NCBI GenBank assembly: GCA_965219535.1
Contig: CBDCNV010000001.1
Coordinates: forward strand, 1,110,001-1,142,000
DNA from: Opitutales bacterium
GTDB taxonomy: Bacteria > Verrucomicrobiota > Verrucomicrobiia > Opitutales > PNEW01
Length of the DNA stretch: 32,000 nt
Reading direction: 5' to 3'
Under the pieces are notes generated by a model. The model ran no database searches and was not told the origin of the DNA. It saw only the letters and a list, made by a program, of their open reading frames with translations. Shown in pieces: positions 26,853-32,000 of the stretch. Positions within the stretch are counted from its first letter, which is position 1, and each line of letters opens with the position of its first letter. Both the position numbers and the translations under genes were made by a program.

Positions 26853-29800
26853 AAACCGAATCCTCGGATCCAGCCACATCAACAGTAGATCACTGACGAG
26901 AGTGCCGAACACACCGAGGAGGCTGAGGACCATCAACATCGATCCGGCCAAATACATGTCTTCGGTCATCAGCGCTTCGAGCATCATGGGCCCAACGGTG
27001 GGCAGACTTAAGACCATCGCGACAATCGCTCCGCCGGATACGAGTTGTGGAAACAAGGTGCCGATCCCGGATATAAAGGGATTAAGCGCAATGCGAACCG
27101 GGTATTTCAGCAGCAGCTTAAAGGGACGGACACCTTTTGCCATCGCGGTGATCACGTAAGGCTTCTTTAATTCATCGAGCAGATTACCGCGCATCACACG
27201 GATCATGCTCGCGGTTCCTGTCACTCCCAGGACTACGACCGGCATCCAGATATGCTGCAACAAGTCAACTACTTTGCCCCAGGACCATTCCGGTTGGGTG
27301 GCGTACTCGGATGAAAATAATCCCGACATACTGATCCCAAAATAAACATTGCTCCAATACATGAGTAATATCGCGAGGAGGAAGCTGGGCACACACATTC
27401 CGATAAATCCCAGGAGCGTGAAAAAGTAGTCGCCGATCGAATATTGGCGCACCGCGGAATATATACCGATCGGCAGGGCGACCGCCCAAGTAAAGAGCAC
27501 GGAGCCCAGTGAAATTAAAAAGGTTAGCAGGATGCGGTCGCCCACCACTTCATTGACGGGCTTTCGGTTATGCATGGAAAACCCCATGTGCCCCTGGAGC
27601 AATCCTTGATCCGCAGGTTTAAAGGAGAGAAACCAGGGAAGGCCCAACCAGTGGGCATACTGGTAAACGGTATGTCTATCGATGGGAAAGAGCTCACGCA
27701 GTTGCTGAGCTTCGGTTATCGCCTTTTGATCGTTCGTTAATTCGGCTTGTAAAATTTTCGAATCAACGAAGTTTCCCGGGGGCAGTTGAATGATCGTAAA
27801 GGCGATAATGGAAATGACGAGAAGGGTGGGCACCATAATGAGAAAACGCCTCCCCACATAAGGATGCTTTACCCCGACAAGAATCAGACCGACGACGACT
27901 ATACCGTAACAAAACAAACGAATCAACCAGCTGAGGATTTTACCGCTGCCGGTCTCAGCATAAATTCTGTCAGTCGAGTAGGGCGAGGGCCCAATTTCAG
28001 AAATCTCTCGTTTGATCTGCGCAACTGCGCCGGGAGAATCCTTCGGGTTTTCAAAAAAGAAGGTTTCGAATCCGCAGCTGGAAGGACTCTTATAAAGAGA
28101 TCCGTAGATGGCTTTACGCGGAACGTTTCTAAAATCCTTCTTAACGATCACTATGCTGGGCGGGGGAGTCGCAATATTGATATTCCAGATATTTTCTGCC
28201 GCGATGTCCTGGATTTCACTGTAAAATTTTACTTGCTCTTCGAAGGTAAGCGCGCTGTAAGCGCTATCGAGCAATTCCATGGATCGCCTCAGGGGATGAC
28301 CGGGTGGGGGTTCGGTGCGACCCGGTCTTTTTGATTCCGGTTCTCCGTAGAGACCGCCATCCTGGTACCAGAGTATATAACCTGCGGCCTCAATGTGTCC
28401 CGGTATAAATCGGTTTGATGAAACTAAGGGTTGATACTCGCCTTCAACACCCCAGATGTGAAAATCCAATTTGCGGGCCGGCTGTTCCGCGATGTGAAGA
28501 GTATAGGATCGCACCTTTTCAATCGTATTGATTCCAACCTTTTTCCAGTCATTGGCGACAAAAGAGGAGGGGCCCTCGCTGAAATTAGGAATCATGTTTA
28601 AATACCATGCCATGCGCGTCCCGTCTTTAAAGGTACGGAAGCCCTCGGTGTCACGTCCTGTGAGACCGATTTCATCGAGCATTTGGTTCGCGCGTTCGGG
28701 GTCGTATTCGATATAGCTGTTTTTTAATTTTTCATGGTAAAAGGGGGACTCCTTTCCCGGCGAATTCTGTGAGGGTTCACCATAGCCGTGGTAAACCGCA
28801 TCGATAATTTTCTGGCGATTGATCGCCAGAGAGAGGGCTTGCCGAAAATGTTTGTTGTTGAGCAATTCCCACTTATTACGGGTCTTCGGATCATTGGGAT
28901 CTATATAGCGATCGAGATTAGGATATAATGCCCAGTCAGAAGAGCCTGAAGTATACCAGTGATAGACATCATAATTACCTTTATCGCGATGTGACATAAA
29001 CAAAGTGTAATGAAAATAGTAGATATTAAACCCCTGCATCGTAATTGAACCATTCGATGCGGCGATAGGAACTAGTCTTTCTGTTTTTACATCGACCGTA
29101 AATCGGTCGACATAGGGTAACTGATTTCCTTGGGAGTCTACTGCGTAATAATAGGGATTGCGCACAAAGGTTTGAGGGGGGTTGGGTTTGTAGGTGCGGT
29201 AGACCCAGGGCCAGATGCGAGGATGTTCCGAGTTATTGCTCAACTTAAGTGTAATATAGAGTGCGTCTTTCGTGGTTATTTTATTTACCCGCATCATCCC
29301 CTCGATAAGTTCCTCATCGCCAAGTTGGGGGTGATAGGGTTCCAGGTAGTGGCGGGGCGAATATAATTCAATGACCGGAGCTAAACGTTCCAGCAGTAAC
29401 ACGTGAGGGGCGGGAAAAATAAATTTCACGGTGTGGGAGTCAATCTTGATGATATCTCCCTTTTTGCCTTTTATCTTCATCCAGGTAGGGAAACCGATGA
29501 TCTCGTCTTTCACCTCGTGCTCCCACCAGTAGAGAATATCATCTGCGGTGAAAGGATGACCGTCTGACCATTTTATTCCCTTGCGCAGATAAAACGTCCA
29601 CTCTTTTTTGTCGGGGGTAAATTCCCAGCTCTTGGCAATGTGAGGGACAATAGGGTATCCCATCGGTGACCAGCGAACGAGGCAGGCTCCCGACATCCAT
29701 GATTCAATATGATCCAGCGTAGCGGGACTGTTCGTTACAATGTTCCAGGTTCCCCCGTACTTGCCGATGCCATCAACGCCCTCGATCACCACCGGTTCGG

Positions 29801-30131
29801 GTCCCACCCGTTCCGCTACCGGAGGGAGCTTTCCCTCTTGAACGAGTTCCGCGAGGATCGGCGCTTCCCCTTTTGGATACCAGGCGCCCGATGTTCCCTC
29901 CGCATAATCGACATTGCGCTGAACAGCGTACAAATCCTCCTCACTGAAACTGTAATCCCAAAGCTCTTCCTGTTCCCGAAGCTTTTCCGGAGAATAAACT
30001 ATAGGTTCCACCTCCAGCTCCGGTTTAGTCACACCCCCCCAGAAATAATAAAGACAGAAAATGAATAAGCCCGTTATGAATAAGAAAAGGAATTTTGGGA
30101 TAATTGCTCTCTTATTCATAACCGAAATCAC
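26835..30131 (-). CDS. ABC transporter fusion protein: family-5 (peptide/nickel, DppA/OppA-like) substrate-binding domain fused to a DppB/OppB-like permease
   Basis: 1098-aa ORF. It has an N-terminal TM anchor and an SBP_bac_5-like region (KYGGTWN, IAKSWEFTPDKKEWTFYLRKGIKWSDGHPFTADD). An extra TM (ILSWLIRLFCYGIVVVGLILVGV) follows, then a permease N-terminus (GRRFLIMVPTLLVISIIAFTIIQLPPGN) and an EAA-loop region (YVITAMAKGVRPFKLLLKYPVRIALNPF). GTG at 30131; alternative ATG at 30119. Confidence 0.85.
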   Translation of the reverse strand: MISVMNKRAIIPKFLFLFITGLFIFCLYYFWGGVTKPELEVEPIVYSPEKLREQEELWDYSFSEEDLYAVQRNVDYAEGTSGAWYPKGEAPILAELVQEGKLPPVAERVGPEPVVIEGVDGIGKYGGTWNIVTNSPATLDHIESWMSGACLVRWSPMGYPIVPHIAKSWEFTPDKKEWTFYLRKGIKWSDGHPFTADDILYWWEHEVKDEIIGFPTWMKIKGKKGDIIKIDSHTVKFIFPAPHVLLLERLAPVIELYSPRHYLEPYHPQLGDEELIEGMMRVNKITTKDALYITLKLSNNSEHPRIWPWVYRTYKPNPPQTFVRNPYYYAVDSQGNQLPYVDRFTVDVKTERLVPIAASNGSITMQGFNIYYFHYTLFMSHRDKGNYDVYHWYTSGSSDWALYPNLDRYIDPNDPKTRNKWELLNNKHFRQALSLAINRQKIIDAVYHGYGEPSQNSPGKESPFYHEKLKNSYIEYDPERANQMLDEIGLTGRDTEGFRTFKDGTRMAWYLNMIPNFSEGPSSFVANDWKKVGINTIEKVRSYTLHIAEQPARKLDFHIWGVEGEYQPLVSSNRFIPGHIEAAGYILWYQDGGLYGEPESKRPGRTEPPPGHPLRRSMELLDSAYSALTFEEQVKFYSEIQDIAAENIWNINIATPPPSIVIVKKDFRNVPRKAIYGSLYKSPSSCGFETFFFENPKDSPGAVAQIKREISEIGPSPYSTDRIYAETGSGKILSWLIRLFCYGIVVVGLILVGVKHPYVGRRFLIMVPTLLVISIIAFTIIQLPPGNFVDSKILQAELTNDQKAITEAQQLRELFPIDRHTVYQYAHWLGLPWFLSFKPADQGLLQGHMGFSMHNRKPVNEVVGDRILLTFLISLGSVLFTWAVALPIGIYSAVRQYSIGDYFFTLLGFIGMCVPSFLLAILLMYWSNVYFGISMSGLFSSEYATQPEWSWGKVVDLLQHIWMPVVVLGVTGTASMIRVMRGNLLDELKKPYVITAMAKGVRPFKLLLKYPVRIALNPFISGIGTLFPQLVSGGAIVAMVLSLPTVGPMMLEALMTEDMYLAGSMLMVLSLLGVFGTLVSDLLLMWLDPRIRFEGGQR

Positions 30132-30169
30132 AGTTAATATCTTAGTAAATTAGTAAAATGAATTTTAGC

Positions 30170-30254
30170 CACCAGTCGTCGCCAAGGCTATGACCGGCAG
30201 GCAAGAGGCACAAGAAACACCAGCCGTCGCCAAGGCTATGGCCGGCAGACAAGA
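30170..30254. repeat. Two direct copies (48-nt period) of the short module caccagYcgtcgccaaggctatgRccggcagRcaaga
   Basis: Copies at 30170-30206 and 30218-30254 match at 34/37 positions. It is the same module as 7108-7136 and 22504-22532. Confidence 0.9.
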
Positions 30255-30326
30255 AATGAAATAGTGTTTGATTAATATGGTTTAAAAAATGTCGTTTAAA
30301 GTAAAATAAAAGTGATGAATTAAAGT

Positions 30327-30635
30327 ATGATGGATATAGAGATTAAGGTGCTAAGCGATCAAATCAGAAGTACAAGTCTATCATTACATTCTTATCTCAA
30401 GCACGGACATTTAGAGAAAGTCTATGAACACGGGTTATTGAACAGACTTTCAAAAGCTGGACTGTCTGTTAAGTCACAGTACTCAATTAAAGTATTGGAC
30501 GAAGATAATACAGAGTTAGGTGATTATTATGCAGATCTGCTAGTAGAAGATATAATGATTGTAGAAATAAAAGCCTGTAGAATCTTAACAGGTGATCACA
30601 CTGCCCAAATTCTTGGTTATATGAGAGTGGAGTGA
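30327..30635 (+). CDS. GxxExxY-family protein (PD-(D/E)xK-like), probably 3'-truncated by the IS3-family insertion
   Basis: 102-aa ORF with GHLEKVY (GxxExxY), YYADLLVEDIMIVEIKA and HTAQILGYM. From my recollection of the family, a GLLINF-type C-terminal segment is missing. The TGA stop (30633-30635) coincides with the first bases of the IS inverted repeat. Confidence 0.7.
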   Translation: MMDIEIKVLSDQIRSTSLSLHSYLKHGHLEKVYEHGLLNRLSKAGLSVKSQYSIKVLDEDNTELGDYYADLLVEDIMIVEIKACRILTGDHTAQILGYMRVE

Positions 30636-30692
30636 CCCCCAAAAATCGTATCATTTACAGAGAGAGGTTATCGGGATAAACAGATAACCTCA

Positions 30693-30986
30693 ATGAAAAG
30701 AAAAAGATACACAACAGAACAGATTATAACAATATTGCGGCAAGCCGATACCGGTAAAACGGTACAGGAAATCTGCCGTGGAAACAACCTGAGCGAACAG
30801 ACTTTCTATCGCTGGCGTAAAAAATATGGCAATTTAGAACTTGCCGATGCGAAGCGATTTAAAGAGCTGGAAAAAGAATTCACGAGCGCAAGCGAGAAGG
30901 CCTGACATACCGAGCTGAAGAAGCTGCTCGCAGATCAAATGCTCAAGAATCAGGTAATGGAGGAAACGCTGTCAAAAAAATGGTGA
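30693..30986 (+). pseudogene. IS3-family orfA (HTH transposase subunit) with in-frame TGA at 30903-30905
   Basis: MKRKRYTTEQIITILRQADTGKTVQEICRGNNLSEQTFYRWRKKYG is a typical IS3 OrfA HTH. After the TGA the same frame continues as HTELKKLLADQMLKNQVMEETLSKKW (leucine-zipper region) to a TGA at 30984-30986. Confidence 0.82.
30974..30980 (+). promoter_or_regulatory. A AAA AAA slippery heptamer: programmed -1 frameshift site joining orfA to orfB
   Basis: The A7 run lies 4 nt before the orfA stop. The -1 frame opens exactly here (ATG GTG AGC ... = MVSPKQKK, the start of the orfB frame). This is the standard IS3-family arrangement. Confidence 0.65.
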
Positions 30987-31945
30987 GCCCAAAGCAGAAG
31001 AAACGAGTAGTAAAAGCTGCGGCTGAGAAAGGGTTGTGCTCGTTGCGGAGGGCTTGTGCTTATCTCAGCCTGAGTTGGTCAACGTTCAGTTACCGGCCCA
31101 AACAGGCCAGTGAGAAAGCTCAGCGGTTGGTCGAGCGGATTGTGAGCTTGTCCTGGAAACATCCCCGCTACGGTTACCGGCGCATCCGTGCCTTGCTGGT
31201 AAAGGAAGGCTGGACAACAAGCAGGAAGTTTGTCCAGGCGGTACGACGTTCAGAAGGGCTGCAGGTAAAGCCCCCGAAAAAGGGCAGACACCGTCAAGGA
31301 GTCTCTACGGGGTCACCTACTAAAGCAAAGGGTCGCAATCACGTTTGGTCCTGGGACTTTGTCCATGATCGTACAGACAACGGCGGTCCATTAAAGATGA
31401 TGACTCTAATCGATGTACCGAGGAGCTGAAAGCGACGACACTCAAGCGAAGCGAAGACATATACGCGTAAATGCCTGGATATCCGGGTCGCTCGTCAACT
31501 CACCTCAACCGATGTCCTCTCTGTGCTTAGCGAGGCCATTGAAGAGGAGGGACCTCCCAGCTATATCCGTAGTGACAACGGCAGTGAGTTCATTGCTCAT
31601 CAAGTGCAGCAGTGGTTGTCCGGTAATAACATAAAGGCGATCTATATCGATCCGGGCAGTCCCTGGCAAAACGGTTTCATCGAGTCGTTTCACAACCGCT
31701 TACGCGATGAGTGTTTGAACCGTGAAGTGTTGCTCAGCGTGGCTGAAGCGCAAGTGGTAATCGAACAATGGCGTCAGACCTATAACCATGAACATCCCCA
31801 CAGTCGTTTAGGCTTCAAAAGCCCACAAGAGTTTGTCAGATTCCTTTCCGATCTTGGCCGCGTTCGGGCTACGCCCTCACTTCGCCAAGATCTCTCATAT
31901 ACATCAATCCTAAAACCATTAACACCCGGTAACTCTCTCACTTAA
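30980..31945 (+). pseudogene. IS3-family orfB (DDE integrase-core transposase) with in-frame TGA at 31427-31429
   Basis: ORFs 30980-31429 and 31523-31945 share one frame with no other stop. Motifs are HVWSWDFV, YIRSDNGSEF and DPGSPWQNGFIESFHNRLRDECLN (DDE plus the conserved downstream region). Confidence 0.82.
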
Positions 31946-32000
31946 ATTGGTACGAAAAACGGGGTCCGATCAAGGTTTTGAGCGAAACGTTGTGGAGTAA

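Larger units (their letters stand above)
30633..31972 (+). mobile_element. IS3-family insertion sequence, decayed copy (orfA and orfB each carry an in-frame TGA)
   Basis: The left end is tgacccccaaaaatcgtatcattta. The reverse complement of the right end is tgatcggaccccgtttttcgtaccaattta, sharing gacccc, tcgta and ttta blocks. It has orfA/orfB architecture with an A7 slippery run. It is more GC-rich than the left flank. Confidence 0.8.

Noticed and set aside
27786-28334. 182-aa plus-strand ORF and other antisense ORFs within the ABC fusion gene (26902-27159, 28528-28716, 29130-29366, 29709-30068)
   Set aside because: All are nested antisense to a 1098-aa ORF with continuous domain-level motif support.
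3168-30254. Possible CRISPR arrays, suggested by the many short direct repeats in intergenic DNA
   Set aside because: Repeat units are only 6-8 nt and directly abut each other. There are no unique spacers of about 30 nt, no longer conserved repeat, and no cas genes in the window.
16496-31429. Genetic-code reassignment of TGA (to Gly or Trp) to explain the three in-frame TGAs
   Set aside because: At least 11 well-recognised genes (nadE, mutS, holB, tmk, HU, ygfZ and others) terminate at TGA at family-typical lengths. One TGA forms an ATGA stop/start overlap (4506-4509). HU ends TGA-TAA. Reading through the TolC-like stop would translate the repeat arrays.
31413-31693. ORFs 31413-31634 (+) and 31505-31693 (-) within the IS3 element
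   Set aside because: They are alternative frames across the orfB interruption. The orfB frame is continuous apart from one TGA and carries the conserved SDNGSEF and PWQNGFIESFH motifs.
1-32000. Scan for tRNA, rRNA, tmRNA and riboswitch-like leaders
   Set aside because: I found no T-loop/acceptor-type patterns (GGTTCGAATCC-like) and no rRNA-like conserved blocks. This was a by-eye scan, so small ncRNAs cannot be excluded.

Overview
This window is a mostly housekeeping chromosomal segment from a Gram-negative-type bacterium, about 45% GC by eye. I cannot assign a lineage from the sequence alone. Recognisable genes are nadE (glutamine-dependent), a TolC-like outer-membrane protein, two TonB-like proteins, an RluA-family pseudouridine synthase, two different DAHP synthases (class I-beta and class I-alpha), a lytic transglycosylase lipoprotein, mutS, holB, tmk, a ribokinase-superfamily kinase, exbB-exbD-tonB, a CN-hydrolase, HU, ygfZ and mdh. 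There are three accessory or unusual loci. The first is an intact IS481-like element (about 18815-20200). The second is a decayed IS3-family element (about 30633-31972) that truncates a GxxExxY gene. The third is a minus-strand block (22812-30131) encoding a substrate-binding-protein/permease fusion, a TPR-PEGA membrane protein and two secreted low-complexity Met/Gln/Glu/Gly-rich proteins. The most striking signal is non-coding. Most of the longer intergenic spacers are built from a small vocabulary of period-6/7/8 tandem oligomers (GTCAAAAG, CTGAACCC, GTCGAAGG, CACTGTTC, GTTAGGT, CTTCGT, GGAANNNN) plus two longer modules. These are arranged as nested inverted arms, often filling the spacer to within 0-15 nt of the flanking stop and start codons. 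Three otherwise intact reading frames are each interrupted by one in-frame TGA. I found no rRNA, tRNA or CRISPR array. No database search was possible, so all family calls rest on motifs read from the translations.
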